A stretch of DNA of 64,000 bases, from IMG/VR virus record IMGVR_UViG_3300013105_000005, positions 12,376-76,375 of that record. One strand, 5' to 3'. The notes under the pieces are model-generated. The model worked only from the letters and a program-made list of their open reading frames with translations, did no database searches and was not told the DNA's origin. This document shows, piece by piece, positions 35,705-44,775 of this stretch (the first letter of the stretch is position 1; every line of letters begins with the position of its first letter). Source of the stretch: a virus (taxonomy: Duplodnaviria; Caudoviricetes). Made by a program: the position numbers and the translations under genes.

Positions 35705-35916
35705 GCTATCAATCCCAACTGCGCCAGCCGCAGTGTCATCCGCTCTGGCTCAACCTGATACTTCTGCGCCAGCGTGCGCACCATGTCCTCGAACCCGATC
35801 TTTGCGCCACGGTATTCTGCCACGTCGGCGCGCAAGAAGTTCTCAGGCATCAGCAGGCACATCGCGAAGTAATTAGCTTCGCGGTCCTGATCGGTTGTGT
35901 CGATTTCGTCGCTCAC
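35701..35916 (-). CDS. Stand-alone C-terminal half of an ImmA/IrrE-like metallopeptidase (no HExxH)
   Basis: DREANYFAMCLLMPE...LAQKYQV....M..RL. Confidence 0.7.
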   Translation of the reverse strand: MSDEIDTTDQDREANYFAMCLLMPENFLRADVAEYRGAKIGFEDMVRTLAQKYQVEPERMTLRLAQLGLIA

Positions 35917-36094
35917 GCCGCCTCTTTCCTTTTCCGAATCTTCTTCGCATCAAGCCGCGTCAGTTGAAACTTGTCGGTCGCTCTCCACTCCCACAGCGGC
36001 ACCGGCGCGAGAGGCGGAAGGGTGCCGCCTTGCGCTAGGTACATCGCCCGTTCGGGAGGGCTGAGCGTTCGGAGGATGCGGGCGATTTCTGGGG

Positions 36095-36436
36095 TCACTT
36101 TGGCATCACGGTATTGACCGAAAAATCTGCGGCGTCTTTGCGTTTTGCCAGCGCGATATCCAGCCTGCCGCCGATTCGGCACCCTTCGGCCTTGTGCGGC
36201 GAATCCGGGTCTGCGGGAATTCCTGCTTCGTCCAGCCGCTGATGCACGTAGGCTTTGAACTTGGAGAGCGCATCGACGCTCACGCGCAGATCGGCAATCT
36301 GCGCATCCCGCCACGCCAATTCTGCGGCAATCTCCGACTTCCCGAACAGGTTCTCGGTGGTCATGTGGTCGAGGTGGCGCATGTAGTGACCGGACAGTCG
36401 GTCGCTTTCGATATCGCGCTGGGCGTAGATTTTCAT
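36095..36436 (-). CDS. Hypothetical protein
   Basis: GAGG RBS; coupled. Confidence 0.55.
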   Translation of the reverse strand: MKIYAQRDIESDRLSGHYMRHLDHMTTENLFGKSEIAAELAWRDAQIADLRVSVDALSKFKAYVHQRLDEAGIPADPDSPHKAEGCRIGGRLDIALAKRKDAADFSVNTVMPK

Positions 36437-36705
36437 CGTGTCCTCATTTCATAATGATTTCTGCACGCCTTCTTTGCTGCCGATAGGGACATTGCCGGTT
36501 CCCCAGCGATCGCTGTATTGCGCCCATCGTCGCTGGCCCAGTGCCACCCATTTGCGCGGGGAAGCCGAAACACAGTGCCCCTGACACTATTAACCACGAC
36601 ATATTGAAAGCCGTGATTCCCGTTTGCCATTTGGGCGCGACGCCATCCATCCACTGAAGTCATGGCTCGAAATATTTCCGCGTTTATCTTTGCGTTCTTT
36701 TTCAT
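36433..36705 (-). CDS. Hypothetical protein
   Basis: GGAGG RBS; lower GC. Confidence 0.5.
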   Translation of the reverse strand: MKKNAKINAEIFRAMTSVDGWRRAQMANGNHGFQYVVVNSVRGTVFRLPRANGWHWASDDGRNTAIAGEPAMSLSAAKKACRNHYEMRTR

Positions 36706-36748
36706 GCTGCCTCCAGGGCTTCAACGTCGCGTTGTGCGTATTGCTTCA

Positions 36749-37081
36749 TTAGCCGATCATCCTTTCCACAATGGGGTCGATGTATCCGCGAAGCTGCGAC
36801 CAGCCGCGCTCGCGCAGGCGAATTGCCTCTGCGGTCGTCAGATTTCGCACCTTGTTGTAAGGCTCATAACACACAAACGAATGGCCGCACTTCCTGCAAA
36901 ACCCGAGTCTTGCCCTGCGATCTGGTTCATCCGACAGAACATAATTTTCAACTTGGTGTCGTGGTTTGGCGGCGTGCCTGTCGATAAACTGATGCCCGCA
37001 GGCGCACTTGCTCCCCGGCTCCGTCCTTCGGCAGCCGACGATGCGTTCGAGTTCGGCGAGGGCTAGTTGCGAGGGGGTCAT
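36749..37081 (-). CDS. Hypothetical Zn-ribbon protein
   Basis: CACGH and CRKCGH motifs. Confidence 0.5.
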   Translation of the reverse strand: MTPSQLALAELERIVGCRRTEPGSKCACGHQFIDRHAAKPRHQVENYVLSDEPDRRARLGFCRKCGHSFVCYEPYNKVRNLTTAEAIRLRERGWSQLRGYIDPIVERMIG

Positions 37082-37089
37082 AAAATATC

Positions 37090-37321
37090 CACGATGACAG
37101 GCATCCGACTTCTATCAGCGCGTCTCACGACGTGGCCTGGCGTGACCTTAGCAATGCCTTTTAGAGCCTAATCGCGGGGATCGCCGACCCGCATTATCGC
37201 CCGAGTGTGCATTGCCGTTTCGGCTTTGTCTTTAGAGCTTGCCGCCGAGTCACCAACGGTCGAAGGAAGGCCGATGCCCACTTCATTGCCGTGGTCGAGC
37301 GGGGCTAAACCTGTCATCGTG
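37090..37321 (-). ncRNA. Candidate structured intergenic RNA
   Basis: Perfect 12-bp terminal inverted repeat enclosing further stems; strand inferred from operon. Confidence 0.45.
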
Positions 37322-37328
37322 TTTTGGT

Positions 37329-37520
37329 TCATGTCACATCCTTAAATCGTTCGTCCTTCGGCTTCCCCTCGACCAGCTTCGACGGAAGGCACAGGTTCAC
37401 GAGTTTTGATCCGCTGGCGATGCGGTACTCAATCGCCGCCTCTCCGTAAATCCACGTACCGTCCGGCAGGCATTTGGCCTGCGATAAAAGACGGCGTTCG
37501 GCTCGTTCAAGCTCAGTCAT
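37329..37520 (-). CDS. Hypothetical protein
   Basis: AAGGA RBS. Confidence 0.5.
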   Translation of the reverse strand: MTELERAERRLLSQAKCLPDGTWIYGEAAIEYRIASGSKLVNLCLPSKLVEGKPKDERFKDVT

Positions 37521-38038
37521 CTGTTACATCCTTAAATTGTGTCCGCCACGCCATCGCGGCCGCGCCGTAGAGCCAGGTGCCGTCGGGGAGCAGCACGGCT
37601 TGCATGAGGAGGCGCGATGTACATCTCTCACTTTCAGTCACAGGTCACTTATCCTTTCTTCCCCTAAAGCATCGAAGGGGAAAGACTCTCACATCTACAA
37701 GTACGCCACACCCAACACTTCCTTCGCGCTGATCCAGACTCTTACAAACTCGCGAGAACCGCTCGCTTGACGCACCGACCCCGCTGAAAGCGAAGTCGAT
37801 GCGACAATACATATGCCGCCGGGAGGTGATTTATTGGTTTCGCAGTTACTCCCGGTTTCACCCGTCAACTGCGCTGCGGTTCGTGTAGCCGTCTGGATCG
37901 TCGTCACCTTCACGGCATCCGCAGTACGCCCGCTTCAACCACTTCGCGTACAGGCGGGTTGCTGCCCTCGTGCCTCAGCACTGTTTGATCGCGGCGCATT
38001 CGTGGCGAGAACGTGGCGCGCCGCTGATTGGGAGATTG

Positions 38039-39022
38039 TCAGACGGTTGGCAATCTCCTTTCGGTTTTCACTCTTTCCGCCAGACGCTTTCGCGCTCTGG
38101 CAATCCATGCCCAGTTGATAAGCGGCGCGGCCATCAACTCCGCCAAGAGCCGTGCCATGTCGCCGCCCTTGTTTTTCCACTCGCGCAAATCCTTGTCGGG
38201 CTTCGGCGTCAACATGAATTTGGCTTTCCCGGCTTCCGGCAAGATCGCCTCGGCCAGTTCCACTGCGCCCTCGATGCCCGGCCAGTATGGCGTCCCGTTG
38301 GGCATGTACTTCGTGCGGTCGTTGTCGGCGACCACGATTACGATTTGCTTGGGAAGCTCGTGCAACAGTTCCTTGGCGTACCCAGATCCCGCCTTGTTGC
38401 TCGGGCGCCCGACGGCCATCAGGCCGAAGTCGTAGGCCGTCATGGCGTCGGTCAGACCCTCAGGGAGCATCAGGAGCCAGGGCATCGGATCGTCGCTCAC
38501 TTCGGCGGGAATTGGCTTGGGGTCGTAATCGCCGGGGATGAACAAACCAAGCTGCGAACCGGGCACGCACCATTTCTTGCCGGCACCGTCGCGCAGATGA
38601 ATGCCGATGATATTTCGTTTGCCATCGTACATCGGGAATGACCACGCCCCGCGTTCGGTGTCCCAGCCCACTCCGTACGCTTTCAGTGCCTTGACCGACA
38701 CGCCCAGCGAAGTCGCAAACTTCGTTAGCCGTTGCGGGTTTACCGCCGTCTTGTGCGATTTAAGGATGGATGCGATTTCCGATTTGGTCAGGCGCGCCCG
38801 TTGCGCCTTGGCTTTCAGCTTGTCGGCCTTGCCGGTTTTCGCCGATGAATGCAGGTAGGCTATCGAGCCGTCTTTCTGCTTGATCGGGCGATCTGATATC
38901 GCTCTCATGCACTTGATGATTAGGCCATCCGCCGATGCGGTACACCATCCGCCCTTGTGTCCGCAGGCCGGGCACTCGCCTTTGATTTCGCACCACTTCG
39001 CAGCCGGGGGAGTAATGGTCAT
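38039..39022 (-). CDS. DNA primase (Zn finger plus TOPRIM)
   Basis: CPACGH...WC; PEG.TD; VVADND; KDLREW. Confidence 0.85.
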   Translation of the reverse strand: MTITPPAAKWCEIKGECPACGHKGGWCTASADGLIIKCMRAISDRPIKQKDGSIAYLHSSAKTGKADKLKAKAQRARLTKSEIASILKSHKTAVNPQRLTKFATSLGVSVKALKAYGVGWDTERGAWSFPMYDGKRNIIGIHLRDGAGKKWCVPGSQLGLFIPGDYDPKPIPAEVSDDPMPWLLMLPEGLTDAMTAYDFGLMAVGRPSNKAGSGYAKELLHELPKQIVIVVADNDRTKYMPNGTPYWPGIEGAVELAEAILPEAGKAKFMLTPKPDKDLREWKNKGGDMARLLAELMAAPLINWAWIARARKRLAERVKTERRLPTV

Positions 39023-41748
39023 GCTGCACCTGCAACTTCCTTGGCGCTTTCGATGGCGCGGCTGGCGGCATCGAAGTTCATCAATGAAATGGTTTCGGCT
39101 GAATACCCCAGGTAACGGAGATACTTGGCCTGCCCCGTCGTACAGCGTTCAGACTTAAGCTTTTCGATTACTGCCGATGCTTGGCGCTTGCTGAATGCGC
39201 CGGCGGCTTCACGCTTCACGCCCAGTTTCACCAGCAACTCAACCTGCTTATCACTCGACCCGCCCGACGTGGCGGCGAACTTCCGCGCCGGCCCGATATC
39301 GTGCGGGTCCATCGCGTTAATTTCTGTCATGTCGTAGCTGGTGGTAGCGACCAACGCGGCGCGCCGTGCGGCTTCGGCGTTTCGCTTCTTCGCTTCCTCG
39401 GCAAGCAGTTGCTCGTATTCTTCCTGCTCGCGCATCGCTTTGACTTGGCGCTCTTCGTCAATCTCAAGTTCCGCCTGCTGTAACGCCGCTTCTACATCGA
39501 CGGCTTCCTGCTGCGCCAGCAGCTTGGCCCGCTCGATAACCTGATCGTCGTAGCGTTCATCGCCAAGAATATCGGCGGTCGAAATGAGCTTGTGCCGCCC
39601 GGCGTTGCCGACGAAATCCAAAATCTCACAATTCGAAACTAAGAGACCCTCGACAGTGAAGCGATGGCGGGGTCCGGCGTTAATGATGTCGAATACGCGA
39701 GCTTTCCTTTGTATGGGCCTCGCGGACGGTGATTCCGAATAATCTGCTCGAAAGATATTCCGCGACCGAGAAGTCTCCTCAAGTGATCGTCCGAGAATCC
39801 AGCAAAGGGAAACATCAGTCTGAATCTGTGAATCATTGGAGTGATGCGCTTCCCGCGTTGGTTGTTGCACTGGATGGTCCTTGTGGCCCATCGCAGGTTC
39901 CCAGGCTCGTAGTGCCTGTTGTTGTCGATCCGATCGATTTGCATATTGCGGCGCAGGCCGAGATTTACTTGAATCCAAATTGCCATTTCGAGCGGGGAGG
40001 CGAAGCGAAATTGAATGCCTCTGCCCCCGTAATGCGCAAAAACATCCGAGTTTGGATTCACGCATCGATTCTTCGCCAGATTGCATCGCCGGATTAGCCA
40101 CGGCGGAGCGTTCTGTGGACTGCCGCATTTGCGACACCCCGCAGTATTTTTTTTCAAGCTTTGTATCTCTTTCAGTTCCTCTTTCCCGCAGAACGTGCAT
40201 CTTGTCAGCAGAAATGCGCGGGTCGATTTCCGTACAATGTTTCCGTTCACAACGATCAGCTTCCCGCACCGCCTGCCCTCCCACTCCGGTAACACAGATG
40301 GGAATTTGTTGGGCGGCACACTCCCCAAACGTCTTCCGCATTTTAAGTGGGGACGATTTACCGGTCTGGTCATAGACGTATACCTCGTGGTCGGGAGTTG
40401 CGGTCAATCCCGCGTAATCAATTACCCCTTGTTTGCCACGAAATATACTACCACCACAAGATACAAATTCAATCCCATCCCATACAAGCATCTTGTCTGT
40501 CACGAATTCGATAGGAACCAATCCGACGTTAGTTAAGACTCTTTGTCCCTCAGCGATGCAACTGGGTTTTTGGCTTGATGCGATGAGCGAGCGACGACCG
40601 GATGCTTCGGCGATATCCCCAAGCCGATGCGCAATGGAATCTTGCGGTCGCGTACCACGTCCGGCCATCTGCGCATACAAAGCGCGGCTCTTGGTCGGAC
40701 GAGCCATAACGACAAGCTCGATGCCAGGATCATCGAAGCCTTCGGTAGCCACGCCAACATTAACAAGAATGGAAAATCTGTTTTTTGCGTAGTCCGCGAG
40801 CATGTCCCGGCGAGTCTGCTTGGCGGTTTCGCCGCAGACGAACCGCGCGCACCCGTCCACCCAACGATTGAAGATTTCCGCCAGCCGCTCAGCCTGCGCC
40901 ACCGACACGGTGAACACCAGCGTCTTGCGCATCTTGCGCCCGGCCATCATCGCGGCGAGTTTTTCCTGCCGTTTATCATCGTCCTTCAACGCCGCAAGAG
41001 ATCCCGGTTCAAGATTGGCGGCGCGTTCGATGGTCGCATGGGCGACAGGATGCAGCGACGATTCAAACTCCATGACGGCGGCAAGGTCCGCCTGATTCAA
41101 GTCATTACCAACGGTGCGGCACTTGCTGAAATCCAAGCCAGCCACAGCGACCGAAAACTGTCGAACTGGAACAAGCCAGCCATCGCGGATCGCGGAATGC
41201 AGGTCGTAATTGAAGGCAACAGTATCAAAGACGCTGCCAAGTCCTTCCCCGTCGCCACGATCGCCAGTCGCCGTCACACCCAAAACGCGAAGATCGGGAT
41301 TGGTGCGGAAGTGGTCAACCACTCGCCGGTAACTTGCGGCAACCGAATGATGAGCTTCGTCGATGACCAGCAGCGCGAAGTCGTTGGGATTGAATCGGTG
41401 CATGCGCTTGCCATCGTCCAACGATGCGTTTTGCGTCTGCACTGACGAGATGATGAAGTTTGCCGCCCAGGGCGAATGCTCCGGAAGTGTTGCCCACTGC
41501 GAGGCCATTTCGATATCGACGCCCTCGCCGGTGACGGCCTTGATCTTGTCGGCGGCTTGGTAAATCAGTTCCTCGCGATGCGCCAGTACCAGCACGCGGC
41601 CACGCGATGAAAACTCTTTGGCGACGTGGGCAAACACTACCGTCTTGCCGGTGCCCGTCGGCAAGGTCACGATTGTTGATATGCGCCCGCCAGCAAACTC
41701 ACGATGCACGGCGTCATAGGCGGACTGCTGGTAAGGTCGTAGTTTCAT
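39019..41748 (-). CDS. SF2 DEAD/DEAH helicase precursor containing an intein
   Basis: LRPYQ, PTGTGKT, DEAH, TAT, EGFD, QMAGRGTR; intein at residues 397-706. Confidence 0.93.
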   Translation of the reverse strand: MKLRPYQQSAYDAVHREFAGGRISTIVTLPTGTGKTVVFAHVAKEFSSRGRVLVLAHREELIYQAADKIKAVTGEGVDIEMASQWATLPEHSPWAANFIISSVQTQNASLDDGKRMHRFNPNDFALLVIDEAHHSVAASYRRVVDHFRTNPDLRVLGVTATGDRGDGEGLGSVFDTVAFNYDLHSAIRDGWLVPVRQFSVAVAGLDFSKCRTVGNDLNQADLAAVMEFESSLHPVAHATIERAANLEPGSLAALKDDDKRQEKLAAMMAGRKMRKTLVFTVSVAQAERLAEIFNRWVDGCARFVCGETAKQTRRDMLADYAKNRFSILVNVGVATEGFDDPGIELVVMARPTKSRALYAQMAGRGTRPQDSIAHRLGDIAEASGRRSLIASSQKPSCIAEGQRVLTNVGLVPIEFVTDKMLVWDGIEFVSCGGSIFRGKQGVIDYAGLTATPDHEVYVYDQTGKSSPLKMRKTFGECAAQQIPICVTGVGGQAVREADRCERKHCTEIDPRISADKMHVLRERGTERDTKLEKKYCGVSQMRQSTERSAVANPAMQSGEESMRESKLGCFCALRGQRHSISLRLPARNGNLDSSKSRPAPQYANRSDRQQQALRAWEPAMGHKDHPVQQPTREAHHSNDSQIQTDVSLCWILGRSLEETSRSRNIFRADYSESPSARPIQRKARVFDIINAGPRHRFTVEGLLVSNCEILDFVGNAGRHKLISTADILGDERYDDQVIERAKLLAQQEAVDVEAALQQAELEIDEERQVKAMREQEEYEQLLAEEAKKRNAEAARRAALVATTSYDMTEINAMDPHDIGPARKFAATSGGSSDKQVELLVKLGVKREAAGAFSKRQASAVIEKLKSERCTTGQAKYLRYLGYSAETISLMNFDAASRAIESAKEVAGAA
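39631..40560 (-). mobile_element. Intein (310 aa) in the helicase
   Basis: Block A CIAEGQRVLT, block B LTATPDHEV, block F VFDIINAGPRHRFTV, end VSN followed by extein Cys (CEILDFVGN). Confidence 0.9.
39639..40373 (-). CDS. HNH homing endonuclease encoded in an alternative frame inside the intein
   Basis: RC.NP.....YGGRGI and IDRIDNN.HYEPGNLRWAT...Q.NN.R; GAGGT 8 nt before ATG. Confidence 0.88.
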   Translation of the reverse strand: MTRPVNRPHLKCGRRLGSVPPNKFPSVLPEWEGRRCGKLIVVNGNIVRKSTRAFLLTRCTFCGKEELKEIQSLKKNTAGCRKCGSPQNAPPWLIRRCNLAKNRCVNPNSDVFAHYGGRGIQFRFASPLEMAIWIQVNLGLRRNMQIDRIDNNRHYEPGNLRWATRTIQCNNQRGKRITPMIHRFRLMFPFAGFSDDHLRRLLGRGISFEQIIRNHRPRGPYKGKLAYSTSLTPDPAIASLSRVS

Positions 41749-42725
41749 GCCGCCCCCTTGCTCGTGCGCATCTCACGCGGCGCGCTGGTGTAGATGGATT
41801 CGCAGACCCAGCCCAGCCCCTTGCAGGCATTGCATTCTTCGCGCTTCGTCGCCTTGCCCTTGCAGTACGGGCAGACCGCGTGCGGCTTGCCGAATCGCAC
41901 CGCTTCGTATGCGTTATGTACGTCGGCCTCGAACTGCTGTAGCCGGATGTAGCTGGCGGGAGCGCCGAGATTCTTGATGACTGATTTGACCCGGCGCAGG
42001 TCATTCATCGCTTGCTTGAAAACATCGCTGGAAGCGAACGCTTCGCGGATGTTGGCGCGATCGGGAAGTGGCTGGTCCAGCATGTCCACTGGCGGCGGTG
42101 CCGCTTTCTCGTCGTCTTTGCCATCAAGAATTTCCTTCGCCTTTTTTGGATTGGTGTCAACTACCTTGGCGGCTTTGATAACCCGATTCTTCGGCGGCGC
42201 CTTACCAGCGATGGCTTTATCCCCAATTTCCTTGTCAATCTTTTTTACCTTTTCGACCGCTTCGGCAAATTCACCGTCCCTGCGAATCGTCCTTTCTGTC
42301 ACGCCAAATTCTTCGGCAAGTTTCTGCGAAGTTTTCAAGTGGACATTTTGTCCACTTGAACTTTTGTCTCTTGCCCCGCCATGCCCTTTACTTGTCTGGT
42401 TGTAAATTGAACCCCTGATAATACTGGCCTGATCCGGCGACAGATTGCGCCGCCCAAGTTGGGTTTTCTTCACCCATATTTCGGCATCATTCCGTTCTGT
42501 GAAACTGATTTCCTTGACCCGATATCCGATCCCCAGGCGGTCCCCGATTTCCTTCCGGTTGTGGCCGTCCAGAAGGATTCGCTTTTCCTTCCAAACAATC
42601 AATGGCGACAGGATTTCCTTGTCGGCCTTAATATTTTCTTCCAGTGTTGCTCGCTCGTCATCGGTGAGCGGCGGTATCATCGACCGGATATCAACGTCGA
42701 TGATGATGTTGTCTTCCTTGCCCAT
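41745..42725 (-). CDS. ParB-like N-terminal domain protein
   Basis: IPPL...L..NI....PLIVW...LLDGHNR...QLGRRNL; C-terminal CPYC...CNAC. Confidence 0.75.
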   Translation of the reverse strand: MGKEDNIIIDVDIRSMIPPLTDDERATLEENIKADKEILSPLIVWKEKRILLDGHNRKEIGDRLGIGYRVKEISFTERNDAEIWVKKTQLGRRNLSPDQASIIRGSIYNQTSKGHGGARDKSSSGQNVHLKTSQKLAEEFGVTERTIRRDGEFAEAVEKVKKIDKEIGDKAIAGKAPPKNRVIKAAKVVDTNPKKAKEILDGKDDEKAAPPPVDMLDQPLPDRANIREAFASSDVFKQAMNDLRRVKSVIKNLGAPASYIRLQQFEADVHNAYEAVRFGKPHAVCPYCKGKATKREECNACKGLGWVCESIYTSAPREMRTSKGAA

Positions 42726-43439
42726 AACCCGCGCTCCGTCCCGTAGACTTCCTTCCCCCGCCGCGCCATCCCCAACTCACGCCGCGCCTTCCTCAAAAAT
42801 GTTCACCGCACCGGAGTTTTGGCCTACTGCTATGGCGCTCGCGCCGGTCGCCAGCCTAGCTCCATCGTCGGATCAAACCTGCGAACGGCGCTATCCGACG
42901 TGTGCGATGAACAGTTCATCGCCTCACCTTGGCCTTCCGCGCCACCCGTCCCGCGCCGCCGCACTGGTAGCACGACACCCACGCGCGGCACACATTCACC
43001 CAGCCGCTTCCCCGGCACCTCGGACATTTCGCAAGGGCGGGTGGTTTTGTCGCCGTCATGCTCCGCCCTCCAACTGAATCAGCGTTTCCGAATCGCAGTA
43101 GATCGTCCCTTCGTGCCCTTCCTCGCACTTCCACGTATCGCCGCAGTAGGCGTACGGCGGCATTTGCCCTTCGCCGATATCCCCGGTGTCCTGCTGCGAG
43201 CACGCCGTCAGGATTTGCACCGGGAAGCCGCACATGGGGCATTCGTCGTGCGGGTAATCCAGCCACTGCGGGGATGGTTTGGCTGAAGTCATTTGCATCC
43301 TCAATTCGTCGTCCACAACACCACCGCGTTCACATCCATCCCACCGTCCGAGTCTCCAATCGGCCCGCTCCACGTCGTTTTCGGTTCGTACTTCTCAACG
43401 CTGATTGCCCCGCCGTCCGGGTCGCTTGTCCGGCGACGG

Positions 43440-44465
43440 TCATGCGGTTGCTCCGGTTGCGATAAAATCAAACAGTGGTGAATCTGATTCGCCCTTGAGA
43501 CAATGCGAACTGAACCAAACGCGCTCCCTGCTCCGGTTCAACTGCGCCTGTGTTTCATCGTCGGCAGTAACCGAATATCCCCCGGCGGTTTTCCACTCAT
43601 GGACCGCCCAATCGTCTGGCATGACGTGCTGGCCTTCGTACCCGCAAAGTGCAATTCGCATCAGCGGGTTTGCGCCGTTGCTGATTGCCCATTCGCGCAC
43701 GGCGGACGCAATTCCGGTGCAGCGGTTTCCGCCGACGGCGTAATCAAGCTCTCCCTCACCGTAGGGCGGATCGAGCAACACGCCGGTCATGCCGTGGCGG
43801 AAGGTGATGCTTGGCGTCAGTACGCGCGTCCAATCACCGCAGGCCACGCGAACACGACGGAGCCGGTCGGATAGATCGTGAAGGTAGGCGGCAACACCCT
43901 TCCCCGCGTCGCCCAGGTGCGGGAGTTTCCTATTGACACCCTTCCCCGCGTCGCCCAGGTGCGGGAGTTGGCGATTGATGCCCTGTCCCGCGTTGCGCAG
44001 TTCCCAGCCGTTTTCGGTGACGCGCCATGGTCCTTCTCCTGAACACCACCCCGAACCGATCCAAGCACACGCGCCCCATACCCACCATCCGGCAATCTTG
44101 GCGTCGTAGCCTTCTGGCTCAACCAGCAACTTCCCCAGCTTCTTCGCGCCATCGGTGATGAGCCAGAAGTGGCGGGACTCGAGGTCGCATTCATTCACCG
44201 GCCAATCAGCATGAGCCGCAACGGAGTCCGGGTCAGCTTGGACCGCGCGCCAGAAGTTGCAGATGAATCGGTCGGCGTCGTTGACGGTTTCAATCTTCGG
44301 CTCATGCGGCCGCGCCAGCAGGACAGCGAGCGATCCGCAGAACGGGTCAACAAAGTTGTCAACGTCGCCGAACCGCCGCCAGATTTCTTCCGCGACCCGG
44401 CTCTTTCCGCCGAAGTACGGGTATGGAGATTTCAGTGGCGATGCTGGTGCAGCTTCGGCTCTCAT
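43440..44465 (-). CDS. DNA adenine methyltransferase (D12/Dam class)
   Basis: PYPYFGGKS, DPFCGS, NDAD, DPPY. Confidence 0.9.
   Translation of the reverse strand: MRAEAAPASPLKSPYPYFGGKSRVAEEIWRRFGDVDNFVDPFCGSLAVLLARPHEPKIETVNDADRFICNFWRAVQADPDSVAAHADWPVNECDLESRHFWLITDGAKKLGKLLVEPEGYDAKIAGWWVWGACAWIGSGWCSGEGPWRVTENGWELRNAGQGINRQLPHLGDAGKGVNRKLPHLGDAGKGVAAYLHDLSDRLRRVRVACGDWTRVLTPSITFRHGMTGVLLDPPYGEGELDYAVGGNRCTGIASAVREWAISNGANPLMRIALCGYEGQHVMPDDWAVHEWKTAGGYSVTADDETQAQLNRSRERVWFSSHCLKGESDSPLFDFIATGATA
43894..44006. repeat. 42-bp coding tandem repeat (two near-identical copies plus one degenerate) in the methyltransferase
   Basis: Encodes NR(Q/K)LPHLGDAGKGV twice. Confidence 0.8.
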
Positions 44466-44695
44466 GCCTTCCTCTTGTTCCAGACGGCCAACGCCTTCTC
44501 TTCCGCCTCCGCCGACGTGTTCCCGCAAATGCTCTCGGTCCTGATGCCGCACTTGCTGCATTTGACGCAGGCAACGAAATCGCCGTCGCGAGGTGGCCTA
44601 TCTCTGTGCTGCCGTTGCATGAACTGTTGCGGGAGCGGCGCAACCACAACCTGCGCTTTCTCTCCGCAATGGGCACATGGTTTTGCTTTGTTCAT
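44462..44695 (-). CDS. Lar-family restriction alleviation protein
   Basis: KPCAHCG...V.C.KC...A...WNKR. Confidence 0.75.
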   Translation of the reverse strand: MNKAKPCAHCGEKAQVVVAPLPQQFMQRQHRDRPPRDGDFVACVKCSKCGIRTESICGNTSAEAEEKALAVWNKRKA

Positions 44696-44744
44696 GGCAC
44701 TTCCCAACCGCGCTCCCCGCCGCGAAGCGGAAAAGCGAGTGCGT

Positions 44745-44775
44745 AAAAAGGGCCGCCCTGCCCCGGCAAGGGCGG
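44745..44775 (-). terminator. Rho-independent terminator candidate
   Basis: Minus strand CCGCCCTTGCC-GG-GGCAGGGCGG followed by CCCTTTTT. Confidence 0.6.

Noticed and set aside
39900-40400. In-frame LAGLIDADG or HNH domain in the intein frame
   Set aside because: No such motif in that frame; the nuclease is in the shifted frame
41745-42725. Plasmid-prophage partition system
   Set aside because: ParB-like N-terminal domain only, no ParA or parS array seen, and the element has a chromosomal att boundary
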